From Mytilus californianus (lineage: Eukaryota), in NCBI RefSeq assembly GCF_021869535.1, contig NW_026262593.1, positions 26,288,001-26,352,000 of the forward strand: a DNA stretch of 64,000 nt. Reading direction: 5' to 3'. Made by a program: the position numbers and the translations under genes. Positions within the stretch are counted from its first letter, which is position 1. Each line of letters opens with the position of its first letter. Shown piece after piece: positions 50,025 to 63,000 of this stretch. Under the pieces are notes generated by a model. The model was not told the DNA's origin and ran no database searches. It saw nothing but the letters and a program-made list of their open reading frames with translations.

Positions 50025-50740
50025 TATTTAATGAAATTGAGAATGGAAATAGGGAATGTGTCAAAGAAACAACAACCCGACCAAAGAGCAGAAAACCGCC
50101 GAAGGCTACCAATGGGTCTTCAACACAGCGAGAAAATCCCGCACCCGGGGGCGGGCTTCAGCTGGCCCCAAAACAAAAATGAGCACTAGTTCAATGAAAA
50201 TGGACGTCACACCAAACTCCAAAACATATAAATGAACTAAAATTAAAAAACATACAAGACTAACAAAGGCCAGAGGCTCCTGACTTGGGACAGACGCAAA
50301 AATGCGGCGGGGTTAAACATTTTTTTTTTTTGATATCTCAACCCTCCCCCTATAACTCTAGCCAATGTAGAATAACCAAACACACAGCAATACGCACAGT
50401 AAAACTCAGTTTAAAAGAAGTCCGATTCCGATGTCAGAATAGGTAACAAAAGAAACTAAGCAAAATGACAATGATACATAAATTAACAAAGGACTACTAG
50501 CAGTTACTAACATGCCAGCTCCAGACCTCAATTAAACTGATTGAAAGATTATGTCTTCATCATATGAAAATCAAGCACAATCCCTCTTGTTAAGGGTTTA
50601 GTATAATGACATTATAAAATATATGAGAAAATAACCCGTGTCATGCCAACAACTGGTTTTAGAATAAATGTGTTTATTTCCGATGCAAAGACCCTATGAG
50701 TGAATCAATATTAATACCAAAATATGCCAGTATCTTCAAT
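50025..50740 (-). mobile_element. Retroelement 3' UTR/tail fragment
   Basis: Reverse-complement similarity to the dispersed tail seen at 27870-28218 (cctgacttgggacag...cggggttaaacat). Confidence 0.5.
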
Positions 50741-51829
50741 AATTTATAGATATTAGACGATTGCTTGCATTTTACCTTTTTGTTTCATCCTTAGGTATGG
50801 TGGCCATCTTGGTTGATGAACAAAAATAGAGCAAAAATTATTTTAACAGAATGCTATTACGAAGTCTCCCAAAAAAGTCCCAATAACTATATATCCCTAA
50901 GGACTCTTCCTATTATTCATTCAATTCATCTTGCAGAAATCATTGTTTAGGGGTCGGGATCTGAATCATTTACAAGATATAAGAACATTCTCATATGACA
51001 TGGTGTGGGGATGACCCCTGGGGACTATTTCAATGTGTCATTTAAGCAAAGATGAACAGTGGAGGGACAACACTTCACAACAAATGCCAAGTGATCCAAA
51101 AAGTTTATACTGGACTTTAATTGGCCTTTTGCCAGATGAGCTTCAAAAGATGATTGAATAATTGTTGATTCAACAAATTTTCTAATTGTCTGTTGCAACC
51201 TAAATATTAGAATCAAAGCACTGTAAGCGCTGTAGGCAGTTAACCAAAAACCAAGGCAAACGTAATTATGAAAACTGTGGCAGTGTTGCTTCAATTTTTT
51301 TTTTTTAAGATTTGAAAGAACAAACATTAAACATTCGTATATTGTACATTTATTTTATTTTATTAATTAATATTTCATCAAGGTTTTCAAAAGCAACTCA
51401 TATATCAATGTAAATGACCCCCATCTTCACCCCCAAGTGCATGCTGTTATTCCATACCAAGTTTGGAATAAAATGACAGGTGATTATAAAACAGTTGGTC
51501 AAACATTCACTGCTTGAAAGATTTATATGTTTTCTTTAAAATGAGCCATACATGAAAATTATTATAACCAAGAAATAATTTAATAAATAATTAAAGTAAA
51601 TTCAATTAACCTAGACTCATTTTTTGCATCAAATTTTTTTTTATAATAAACAAGAAATAATTGTAACAGGAAGTCTCCAAAACAAAGCCCCATTATTCGT
51701 CATTTCCATGGTCTCCTGACATTGGGCATAAGTCCAGTTCATATTGGTTTGGTCTAGTAAAGTGATATGCATATGTGACACCTAGGAGATTGACCCTGTA
51801 TGTCATTCAAATTTTTTTGAAATGATGAA

Positions 51830-52630
51830 CAGGAATAAATATGGTTTAGCTGTGTGTATCTCGGTGACCACAGGGACTCTCCCTATGTTTCATTTGATTT
51901 GTTTTATTGTCTCATACATGAATATATATGGTTTAGGGGTGGGAATCTCGACCATTTCCAAGTTCTCAATCAGGAGGGGGTGGGGTGACCCGAGGAACTC
52001 CCCATATATTTCATTTGATTTGTTATATTGTCCCATACATGAATATATATGGTTAAGGGGTGGGGATCTTGACTGTTTACAAGTTCTCAAACAGGAGGGG
52101 CTGGGGTGTCCCCAGGGACTCCGCCTATATTTCATTTGATTTGTTTTATTGTCCCATACATGAATGTATATGGTTTAGGGTGGGGATCTCAACCATTTCC
52201 AAGTTCTCAAACAGGAGGGGTTGGGGTGACCCCAGGGACTCCCCATATATTTCATTTGATTTGTTAAATTGTCCCATACATGAATATATGGTTTAGGGGT
52301 GGGGATCTCGACCGTTTACAAGTTCTCAAACAAGAGGGATGGGGTGACCCCAGGGACTCCCCCTATATTTCATTTGATTTGTTTTTTTGTCCCATACATG
52401 AATATGTATGGTTTAGGGGTGGGGGTCTCGACCATTTCCAAGTTCTCAAACAGGAGGGGGTGGGACGACACCGGGGACTCCCCCAAATTATTTTCATTTG
52501 ATTTCTTTTATTGTCCCATACAAGTATATATATTGTTTAGGGGTGGGGATCGCGACGGTTTACAAGATAAAAGTACATTTTCAAATTAAAGGGGGTGGGG
52601 ATGACCCCCACGGAATCACCCTATATTTTG
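51830..52630. repeat. ~120-bp GC-patch minisatellite, ~6-7 copies
   Basis: Unit ggggtgggaatctcgaccatttccaagttctcaaacaggagggg...atatggttta. It accounts for the ORFs at 51822-52589. Confidence 0.88.
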
Positions 52631-52727
52631 GTTGATTTTTTGTATTGTCCTGTTCTCATTACTGAAGACTGCATGTGTCTATCACTTACTGTTTTCGAGA
52701 AATAGTCATTTGAAAATTTAAAAATAA

Positions 52728-55625
52728 AATGCTTCGCTGGGGCGCAGCTTGATACGACTGCAGAGGTTGAACCCTGAACAGTTGGGGCAAGTATGGACAC
52801 AACATTCAAGCTTGATACAGCTCTGCATTTGGATTGTTATTAAATATTTGACACAGCATAGGTTTCTGACACAGAAAGAATGTGGTCTAAGAACTTGAAT
52901 TTTTTTAATTTACCTATTATGGTCCAATGTCCAAAATCAAAATACATGGTTAGATTCAGCATATCAAAGAACCCCATATATTCAATTTTTGTTAAAATCA
53001 AACAAAGTTTAATTTTGGACCCCAACTTGGACAAACTTGAAAACTGGGCCCATAATCAAAAATCTAAACACATGTTTAGATTCAGCATATCAAAGAACCC
53101 CAAGAATTCAATTTTTGCTAAAATCAAACTAAGTTTAATTTTGGACCCTTTGGACCTTAATGTAGACCAATTTAAAAAACGGGACTTAAAATTAAAAATC
53201 TAAATACACGTTTAGATTTGGAATATCAAAGAACCCCAATAATTCAATTTTTGATGAAATCAAACAAAGTTTAATTTTGGACCCTTTTGACCTCAATATG
53301 AAGCAATTTGATAGCGGGGCCCACAAATAAAAAATCTAAATTCATGGTTAGATTCAGCATATCAAAGAACCCCATATATTCAATTTTTGTTGAAATCAAA
53401 AAAAGTTTAATTTTGGACCCCAACTTGGACCAACTTGAAAACTGGGCCCATAATCAAAAATCTAAACACATGTTTAGATTCAGCATATCAAAGAACCCCA
53501 AGAATTCAATTTTTGTTAAAATCAAACTAAGTTTAATTTTGGACCCTTTGGACCTCAATGAAGACCAATTTAAAAAACGGGACCCAAATTAAAAATACGG
53601 TTAGATTTGGCATATCAAAGAACCCCAATAATTCAATTTTCGATGAATTCAAACAAAGTTTAATTTTGGACCCTTTTGACCTCAATATGAACCAATTTGA
53701 TAGCGGGGCCTACAAATAAAAAATCTAAATACATGGTTAGATTCAGCATATCAAAGAACCTCATATATTCAATTTTTGTTGAAATCAAACAAAGTTTAAT
53801 TTTGGACCCCAATTTGGACCAACTTGAAAACTGGGCCCATAATCAAAAATCTAAATACATGTTTAGATTTAGCATATCAAAGAACCCCATGTATTCAATT
53901 TTTGTTGAAATCAAACAAAGTTTAAATACTGGACCCTATCTTGGACCAACTTGAAAACAGGGCCCATAATAAAAAATCTAAACACATGTTTAGATTCAGC
54001 AAATCAAAGAACCCCAAGAATTCAATTTTTGTCAAAATCAAACTAAGTTTAATTTTGGACCCTTTGGACCTCAATGTAGACCAATTTAAAAAACAGGACC
54101 CAAAATTAAAAACCTAAATACACGGTTAGATTTGGAATATCAAAGAACCCCAATAATTCAATTTTAGATGAAATCAAACAAAGTTTAATTTTGGACCCTT
54201 TTGACCTCAATATGAACCAATTAGATAACAATGTCCACAAATAAAAAATCTAAATACATGGTTAGATTCAGCATATCAAAGAACCCCATATATTCAATTT
54301 TTGTTGAAATCAAACAAAGTTTAATTTTGGACCCCAATTTGGACCAACTTGAAAACTGGGCCAAAAATCAAAAATCTAAATACATGTTTAGATTCAGCAT
54401 ATCAAAGAACCTCATATATTCAATTTTTGCTAAAATCAAACAAAGTTTAATTTTGGACCCTTTGGACATTAATGTAGACCAATTTGAAAACTGGACCCAA
54501 AATTAAAAATCTAAATACACTGTTAGATTCGGCATAACAAATAAATAAATGTGATCAAAGATTTTACAAATCTAATGCGCCATACTGTGCAATTAAAGAT
54601 TACTTCTTGAAATTTTTCAATATTTGAAATTTGAAAAAAAAATAATATTTGAAGAATAATTCTTTTTAATTTCTGAAATCTGAAATGAGAAAAAATTGGC
54701 CCCCCACAATTTCTTTTTATCCCCCCCCCCTTTTTCCCCCAAAAAAATTCTTTCCCTCAAGATATGGTCATAATCTCAATTCAAATTTCCAATGGAGTTG
54801 GCAACCATAATTACCCATTTAAATTTACCATAGTGCTAACTTAATCTATTTTATAATAGAATTAATAAAAATATAGTGTCAAATCTTTCATATGGATTTT
54901 TTTGTAAAAAAAAAAGATGAAAACATTTGCAGATATTTTTACTGGTCTTCCTTTATAAATATGCATTTCTTTAAACATAATTTAAAAGCAGTGTAAGGGA
55001 AGTAACCAAAACGTTGTATTTGGATTACCTCCCTTACACTGTTTTAGATTATCTTTATTGTTCATTAACCATTACTTTATACATAATTTAAAAGCAGTGT
55101 AAGGGAGATAATTTCAATGATGTATTTGATTTATCTCCCTTACACTGCTTTAAATTATGATTTGTACTAAAGTATTTGTCCATTAACCAGGACAACCTTG
55201 TTTTTCCCCCTTTTTTGCCCCTAATTCCTAAACGGTTTGAGCCATAACCCCCCAAAGCAAATCCTAACCATCCCTTTGTGGTATGGAAACTTGTAGTATA
55301 ATTTCAGAGAGATCCATACACCGTTCCACAGTTATTGTCTGGAAACTAGAAAATGCTAATTTTTGGCCCCTTTTTGGCCCCTAATTCCTTAACTGTTGGT
55401 ACCATAACCCCCAAAATCAATCCCAACCTTCCTTTTGTGGTATTTAACCTTATGGTCAAATTTCAAAAAGATCCATTCACTTAAACTAAAGTTAGAGTGC
55501 GAAAACCAATATGTATTCGGACGACGACGCCGGACGACGACGACGACGACGCCAGACGACGACGACGACGACGACGCCAACGTCATACCAATATACGACC
55601 ACAAAATTTTTTTGCGGTCGTATAA
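52728..55625 (-). mobile_element. Helentron-type non-autonomous element with internal satellite array
   Basis: Minus-strand 5' end tttttATACGACCGC...GTGGTCGTATA, then a (GTC)n microsatellite (~55520-55575). The 3' end is GTCGTATcaagctgcgccccagcgaagc at ~52730-52760. Confidence 0.75.
52930..54540. repeat. Satellite array of ~125-138-bp monomers with higher-order (~390-400 bp) structure
   Basis: About 12-13 monomers aaaatctaaatacatggttagattcagcatatcaaagaacccc... in three recurring variants. It accounts for the MVRFSISKNP ORFs. Confidence 0.88.
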
Positions 55626-57504
55626 AAATAAAATCCTATAGGGTTCTATAGTTAACCCCTCCCTTCTTCATGTCCCTCAAATACCGCTAAATAGACCCCA
55701 ATGCACAAACAAAAGATTAATGGCTCCGCTAGACATGTTAGTCTAATATTCTATGAAACCCTAAGTAAATCTGACAAACGGTCAAAGTTGTCTTCTTTGA
55801 CGGTTTGAGTGGATTCGGTCCGACTTGTCTCGGGGACGAGTTGTCCACATTACTTAAAACATCCCATCTCTGTAATCTGTGATCGTAATTCTGCCAAGCA
55901 AGGCACACCTCCATTCACATAGAGGGAAAAGTCAGTACACGATAATTTACAATACAACGCGCATCACTTTATATATTAAAATATAAAAAAAATTCAGCCA
56001 CCTCATAAATTATTATGTGCATCAACGTCGATTTCCGCATCTGTTTCATTAAACTGGACCCCTGTTGTGTTCACTTATCGCTACACTTCGGTGCGAAGCT
56101 ATAGATAGAACGGCGGACCAGTTTACTGTTTCATGATCTCGTTTCATTCATAAAATAACAACAACCTTATTTGGCAAGATAAGTTAAAAATTACCGCCCA
56201 CTTATATAACTTTATTTCCTCTATCATAGAGATTTGTTGTACATGAACAATATTCCTGCGCATTTTCGCATTTGGGAAATATAAACGACTTGTATAAAGT
56301 TCCGATTTTCGGCGATGAAATATTTCATACAATTGTTCTTTGACATCGTAGCCAAAAGCACAGGGGATAATAAACTACGTACGGATTTCTATTGAGCACT
56401 ACTTCCTATGTGCAACTTCAAAAGTTTTGGGTAGTTCGACGATCATTTAAGGTTTTTCTGGTCATATTTTTTGTATTCCAGAAATAAAAGTATTAAAAAA
56501 ATGTCCAAATAGTTATAAATAACATAATAGCCAGCTAGATAATAACAATGGCACGTATTTCAGCATTTATTGGGTAGAACACAAATCTAGTTAGGATGCT
56601 CGCATAAAGCAGCTTAACTGCCTAAAAAAATAGATAATGTATTTTGTGTAAAAGCCTGTAGTATCAACAGTGATAGCAACATAGTTGTCTATCAGCATGC
56701 TTAGAACTCAATGAAACTTTACAATTCAGTTGTGATTTTTGCTTTAACATTTTACTTGTATGTTATTTTGTACACATTTTTGTGAACAGTCAGACAGTAG
56801 TCCCTTATCAAACAAAAACGGTTTGGACTTCTTTCCTGTTGTGATATGCAGTTAGAAACAATAAGGTCAAATAAGTCAACACTTCTCTGTGATAAACCAT
56901 AGTACTTTAGCAAGTCTACCAGCTGACATGGCCATTATATTGTAGTGTGTCAGACCATCAATTTTAAGCTTACCACCCACTTAAGGTGACAATTGAAATT
57001 TAGCATGCTGTACCAAATTACTCTTGCTTCATTATCATATATATTCCATCGAAATTTCATACTACAATCAAATTGAAAGCTAAATCAAACTGACAGGAGA
57101 GAATACATCAAAACATAAGAGAGACATAGATTATTAAATGTTAAATCCCAGTGAAGGCAGATAAAAATACCATTTGTGAAAAAGTAATCAACCAACAAAT
57201 TAAAGTTGAATAAATTAAGCCAACAAAATGAATCTATGTCATTTATTTTAGATGACCATTTATTTATTCTAGAAAAATGAAACATGATTCTTTAATTGGC
57301 TGACATCACATCTCTGGCTTAATTTAAAATGAAGAGAAAAGAAAACATTATCTGTTATGCATTGATTAAAAATAATAATCTTTTGATCGTAGAAGCAGCA
57401 AAGGATTTTTTTTTTAATTTACTTTTCTTAACAAATTATTTTCAATTGATAAAAAATAAACTGAAAAGAAAATATACTAAATAAATGTACAAAATGGGTG
57501 TACG

Positions 57505-57509
57505 CATAC

Positions 57510-57545
<36 letters not shown>
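57505..57545. repeat. (TA)n microsatellite
   Basis: Direct observation. Confidence 0.9.
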
Positions 57546-57548
<3 letters not shown>

Positions 57549-57579
57549 TACAAAGAATTGTTTTGTTTTTATGCATATA

Positions 57580-57829
57580 TTAAAAATATTTTGGTTTGCC
57601 CAAACCCTACCCAAAGGTAGAGACAGTAGGTAGGTAGGTAGGTAGGCATTTTCTTTTTTTTTTCGGCAAAGAGAAGATGAATTGTCAGATGTTTTTTAGT
57701 ATTCATGACTATCTGATTAAAAAGATTAAAAAAAATTTCACATCAGGGCAATTTAAGATTTTAGTAGGCAGCTATTTTCTGGGTAGGTAGGGTTAGGGCA
57801 AACAAACATAGTCTTTTTTATGGCCTAAC
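57580..57829. mobile_element. MITE (tttgcccaaaccctacc...ggtagggttagggcaaac)
   Basis: Imperfect terminal inverted repeats; internal (GTAG)n. Confidence 0.55.
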
Positions 57830-58170
57830 ATGTATACCTCATATACATGTACAGACTGAAAAAACATTACAACATTATTTCTAATATCTAGCTACCCTGT
57901 TTTCATGAATATGAATTATTCATAAATATTCAAGGATAATTTAAGAATATTCAAGGATAATTCAAGAATATTCAGGAATATTCAGGAATAAATCTTATTT
58001 TGTCCAATTTCATCTTCTCTTTCAGTTTCTAAATATATCAAACATTCACTAGACAAATGTTTCCTATAGTTCGAACTTTCTGAAAAAGAACCTTCACCTA
58101 TAATTTTTTTACAATTGTATAACCATAGTTAACAAAACAGTAGGATTTCTTCCCTTCTTCCAGTTAACAA

Positions 58171-58590
58171 TATGAAATCTGCATTTTGTCTTGTTATCTA
58201 TATGATATCTGCCCTTTGTCTTGTTAACTATACGATATCTGCCCTTTGTCTTGTTAACTATATGATATTGTACATGCATGTCCCTTCATCTATTTCACAA
58301 ATATGATATCATCCCTGCATCTATTTAACAATATGACATCATCCCAATGTCTAATTTACAATATAAAATCATCCCTGTATCTATTTAACAATATGATATC
58401 ATCCTTGCATGTATTTAACAATATGATATCATCCCTGCATCTATTTAACAATATGATATCATCCCTTCATTTATTTAATAATATGATATCATGCCTGTGT
58501 CTATTTAACAAATTGATATAATTCCTGTGTCTATTAAACAAATTGATATAATTCCTGTGTCTATTTAACAGTATGATATCTTCCCTTCTT
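58171..58590. repeat. 30-bp minisatellite, ~14 units, in the CPLANE2 3' UTR
   Basis: Unit atatgatatcatccctgcatctatttaaca, with a variant subfamily tatgatatctgccctttgtcttgttaacta at the left end. Confidence 0.9.
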
Positions 58591-58787
58591 CTGTTTTATT
58601 TGATAACAGTACATCTCTGTACCATAAATGTTCGCAGATAATATTTAATATTTGTGCGACATCATTAAAGTCTGTTTTACCATCATTATCGGGAATATTT
58701 CTTATTTTCAAGATTGGGATTTTCCAATTTTGTTCAAAATCTCTGATGTCTCTTTGCGTTATTTCTGTATGTGCATGCTGATCAAAT
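58565..58787 (-). CDS. CPLANE2: CPLANE2/RSG1 small GTPase, terminal coding exon
   Basis: ag|A TTT GAT..., reading (K)FDQHAHTEITQRDIRDFEQNWKIPILKIRN...DVAQILNIICEHLWYRD...KISYC*. The phase matches the previous exon. Confidence 0.88.
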
Positions 58788-59054
58788 CTTAAATAAGTTA
58801 AGGATATTTTTTGCTAATATTGAAAATATAAACCTTTTTATAAATGATATCTTTGTCAAAGTTCATTTATAATAAATGAAAATTATTGGAAAATTAAGAT
58901 AGGTTCATGTATTGGTTTTTAGATAATAGCAATTAAAAAAATAAATTTGAAGTTTCAACAGAAAAAAGAATTCTTGTAATTTTTCATATGAAAGTCTGTA
59001 ATATGAAGGTTTTATTATTAGTTCAGTGACACATAAACTTAACATTATCAATGT

Positions 59055-59490
59055 TCTATGAAAATGAGGATAGGGTCAGATGAACTATGCCAGACAGACA
59101 TGTACACCTTACAATCATCCAATACACCAAATATCTCTAATAGTACCTGAGAAACAGATCAAGGCACAAAATCTTAACATTGACCAATGAACCATGAAAT
59201 TGAGGTCAAGTTCATATTAACCTGCCAGTCGGACATGTACACCTTACAATCATTCCATTCACCAAATTTATTTGAACTTATGCTTATGGTATCTGAGATA
59301 CAGATTTGACCACCTAACTTTAACCTTGATCCATGAAATGAGGTCTAGGTCAGGTGAACCCTACCTGACTGATATGTAGACATTGCAAGGAACCCATATA
59401 CCAAATATAGTTATCATATTACTCATAATAAGTGAGTATTTCACTATTTTTTTTCAAGCAGTCACTGAACCATGAAAAGAGGTCAAGGAC
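59055..59490. repeat. ~170-bp tandem repeats (Helentron-type core) in intron
   Basis: About three copies of gaaaatgaggtcaaggtcagatgaac...gacatgtacaccttacaatc... Confidence 0.65.
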
Positions 59491-60023
59491 AATACACCTT
59501 ATTGCTATTTATGCCAATCTGGATAAGTTCTAAAATTACACAACTTTTTCAGACCAGTTGAAGCTATCTGGTACCTTGTTCAAACAATATATTATGCATA
59601 AAACTTTTCATAGAGACATGTTTATACCATCATAGACACATCAAACAAAGACAAACAACACTAAGGCTATATCACTAAGTTGCGGTATCTTTTATTGTGA
59701 TGATGGCACCCCTGTGGCAAAACTAGTTGACACAATAAAAGATACCACAACTTAGTGACAGCCTACTATAGTTTTGATGTCTTTGAATCTTCTTGTATGA
59801 TGTACAAAGTAATAAGACAACGTTTTTTGTAGTAGGAGAGGGATGTCTTTGGTTGATGTGGACTTTTGTATTGTGAGGTATTTTTTGGTGAGTCCTATTA
59901 TCCCTGTTTATATATAGTGTTTTCTCTTCTCTGTTTGAAGTATTCCAGTTGTTATAACAGCTATTATTATGCTATGCTGATAAGAATTTTTTTCTTTTTT
60001 TATGTATATTACACAAAGGATAC

Positions 60024-60160
60024 TTTGTTCCCATGATGATTTTACAAGATGTATCTTTTGGTCCACTAAATCTTCCAAAGTTCTGTGGAATGTCATCAAA
60101 ACTACTCTTGTCAACAAATGAAAATAGGTACATAGTACAGTCACACTTTTCTAAACATGC
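60024..60160 (-). CDS. CPLANE2: CPLANE2/RSG1 exon
   Basis: cag|GCATGT...ACAAA|gtatcc, 137 nt, reading ACLEKCDCTMYLFSFVDKSSFDDIPQNFGRFSGPKDTSCKIIMGT(K). Confidence 0.9.
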
Positions 60161-61029
60161 CTGAAAAGAAAAAAAAAGAAAAACATGTTTAGTTTTTAAG
60201 CATTATTTTTATTTCTTTTAAGGTGCCAGCAAGACAAAAGCAGAAACAAAAAAATAAAATACCTGTGTTTTTTTTCACATAAAGAAGAAATGTTAATTTT
60301 ACTAAAAAATTACAAAAGAATTCTATTATCAAGAATATAACAAAAGATAAAACTAGAAAAACTGAGATGTCACTAAGGGCCTGCTTGCACATTTTATGTT
60401 AGGCACAGAGTCTGATGCTGTGTATACATGCATACACAGCAATTCATGTTCATTGGGGGTCAATTTCATAAACTCTGACACAGAGATTTAATTTACAGGT
60501 AGGATAATTTAGGATAAATCTAATGTTTTGTTAATATCTAAGCACTTTTTTATTTTGATAGGTATTTAGGTAAGTGGTAGGCAACAAATATTTTTTTGAC
60601 ACAGTTATCATTTTGAAATAGCAAATTATATCTACATAATGATTTTCATAGAAATTCTATTTAAAACATTTCTAAAACATTTGGCACCAGGGATTAATTT
60701 GGAATGCATATTTCACCTATACATCAATTTTTGTAAAAATTCTTAAACAAAAAGTATTTCTCAATATTTACACAGAAAAACAAAGCCTTTACCAAATATT
60801 TTACATGTACAATCAATTTGGAATAGCACATTATACAAATATCTAAATTTTTGTTGAAATCATAGCAAAAAAAAAAATTGTTTCTCAATTTTTGATTTTT
60901 TAACAAAGTAAGTCAATACCCTTTTTTTAACCTTTTTAAACTTTGGTACCTTCAATCAAAAGGAAAAATATCTTATTTCACCTATGTTTCAATTTTTGTT
61001 TAAATCTTTGCATAAGAATAATTTTTAAC

Positions 61030-61830
61030 ATAAACTGTTGTTACAGAGATATGTCTCGCCTGTATGTAATTTTGATAGTAAAATGAAAATGGAAACAGCA
61101 CCTCTTATTTCTTGCCTTCACTTCTTTGTAGAGGTGAGACAAAAAACTAAGTTTTCAACACATCTACCCCCCAATCATTTCCAATTGAACTGCAAATTTG
61201 ACATCAGGAAACCTGAATTCAATTTGGAATAACTTATTATGTCACTATATCAACAATGTTTCTGAAAATTTGTGAATATTTAACAAAAGTTTAATATAAA
61301 TAACATTTGATTAAATGTTGTATTTATCTAAATTAGTGTGAAGTAAAAATAGGTCTCATCAGAAACAGGAATTTTTTGTACAAAATGTATATAAATATCC
61401 TTTTTTCTTATATGAAGCTCTTCTACATTCTGGAATGAAACTTCAATATTTATCTATAGTTTCAAATGCCTAAATAAGGAGAATTGTTTTGACCTAAAGT
61501 ACCAGCAACTTATAATCAACAAAATTCCTTTTTTTTTTTAATTTTATTTTTACAGAATTTTAAGATGCAATTTTAATTGTAAATTACATGGCCATAGCAT
61601 TATGTGTTCAAAAATATATGTTCAAAAAATGTATTCATTAAAAAACAGGAAGTTGATGAGCAATGAATGTGTAAACCTATCACTTGCTGCAAAATTTCAA
61701 GAAACACTGATTTGCAGTGCCTGAGAAAATAGTGTCATTTCATGTGACTGAGGGGTGGGGGGTGGACACATTGACAGATGGACCGACAGAGGTAAACCAA
61801 TATGCCCCAGCCCTTTAAAAAAAAAAGGTT
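61030..61830 (-). mobile_element. Decayed Helentron-type element in intron
   Basis: gacagatggaccgacagaggtaaaccaatatgcccc terminus typical of the reverse-strand 5' end of these elements; boundaries approximate. Confidence 0.4.
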
Positions 61831-61956
61831 TTTTTTAACATCCTGTACCATTTAAATTAATATTGTATCCATTATGCCAGGTGAGGTATAATGATCAAGA
61901 AGTAAATAGAAGACATTGAAAATAAATTTTCTGAATTAATTAGGCAAACGCCTTAC

Positions 61957-62081
61957 CGGCTGAATATGGTCAAACTTTTTCAATGCCCCTTCACCTGCAT
62001 CCCATAATTGTAGCTTGAACATTATCACTTTGTTGAATTGCTGTATTTTTCCTGGCCAGTAAATAGTTGTTGTCTGTATTC
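61957..62081 (-). CDS. CPLANE2: CPLANE2/RSG1 exon (switch II, DxxG)
   Basis: ag|GAATAC...CAGCCG|gtaagg, 125 nt, reading (G)IQTTTIYWPGKIQQFNKVIMFKLQLWDAGEGALKKFDHIQP. Confidence 0.92.
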
Positions 62082-62853
62082 CTTCAATGACAATGTATTT
62101 ATTAGTTCTTAGTCTTAAGAATCAGAAAAAAATAGTTTGACACATGCATCAGGGTTTAAAAACAATGAAAACCACTGTCTGACTATGGTATACCCATTGT
62201 ACTTCTAACAGAAAGTAAGAAAAACTAGTGAGCAATAATATACAATGTACCATTAAAGGCATATTACACTTCTGCGAATAAAGCTTCAAAATAGTAAGTC
62301 GAGAGTGGCAAAAATATGTTTTATACAGATTTTCAAACTTTCCTATACAAAAAAAAAAGAGTTATTTCATGAACCTGCAAGCTCTTTAAATATAAAAATC
62401 TACTCAATATTCATGTAAAATGCTATAATATAGGGGTTTTCAATTCCTGAAGAAGAGTTTGTATTCTGTGGAGTAGTCTAATGTTAACTGAGAGTGATGG
62501 CAATTGTTAAGTGGTTGATGTTTGCAATAGTAATTCCTACATGTAGACTCCATTATACACATGTACAGTCAACATAAAACTGAAGGAATAATTCCTGAGT
62601 TACAACTAAATATTTCCCATATTTCAGTATTAAGCTATTAAGCTTTCCTTTCTTTAATACTTATCTAAATAAAATCTTTAACTGTGTCTGATCTAGAATT
62701 TTTTCATAAAAACTGCATCCTCTGGCAAACTTTATAATATTTATGATTGTTGATCACATATTTTATGCAAAAATGGTTCTATAATGCACTTTAAGATCCA
62801 AAACAAATTTTCTTATGTTCATTTTAACTGTTATTGTCATGACAACATTATAC

Positions 62854-63000
62854 CTGCGGTCTCACTATGACTGGTAGGAATCTGGTTCCCTGATAATTTT
62901 GCAATAGTACTAGTTTTTCCTACACCACTCTTACCGACCAGAAATATTTTGTATATCACTTCCTCAACTTGTGTAGGAACATTGGGTTTTTCTAGGAGAC
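62854..63000 (-). CDS. CPLANE2: CPLANE2/RSG1 exon (P-loop)
   Basis: cag|GTCTCC...CCGCAG|gtata, 147 nt, reading (G)LLEKPNVPTQVEEVIYKIFLVGKSGVGKTSTIAKLSGNQIPTSHSETA(G). This matches the recalled human RSG1 GLLERP...YKIFVSGKSGVGKT. Confidence 0.92.

Noticed and set aside
50480-50560. Possible SECIS in the minus-strand retroelement UTR (ATGAAGAC...GTCTGGA)
   Set aside because: The 3' side lacks a correctly placed GA quartet by eye; SECISearch would be needed.
52880-54506. Repeated MVRFSISKNP ORFs suggesting a repeat protein; also CRISPR-like periodicity
   Set aside because: Satellite monomers with stops and frameshifts between them; no unique spacers, no cas genes, eukaryotic context.
56144-56332. 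62-aa minus-strand ORF as an additional gene
   Set aside because: No motif, non-ATG start and no convincing splice context.
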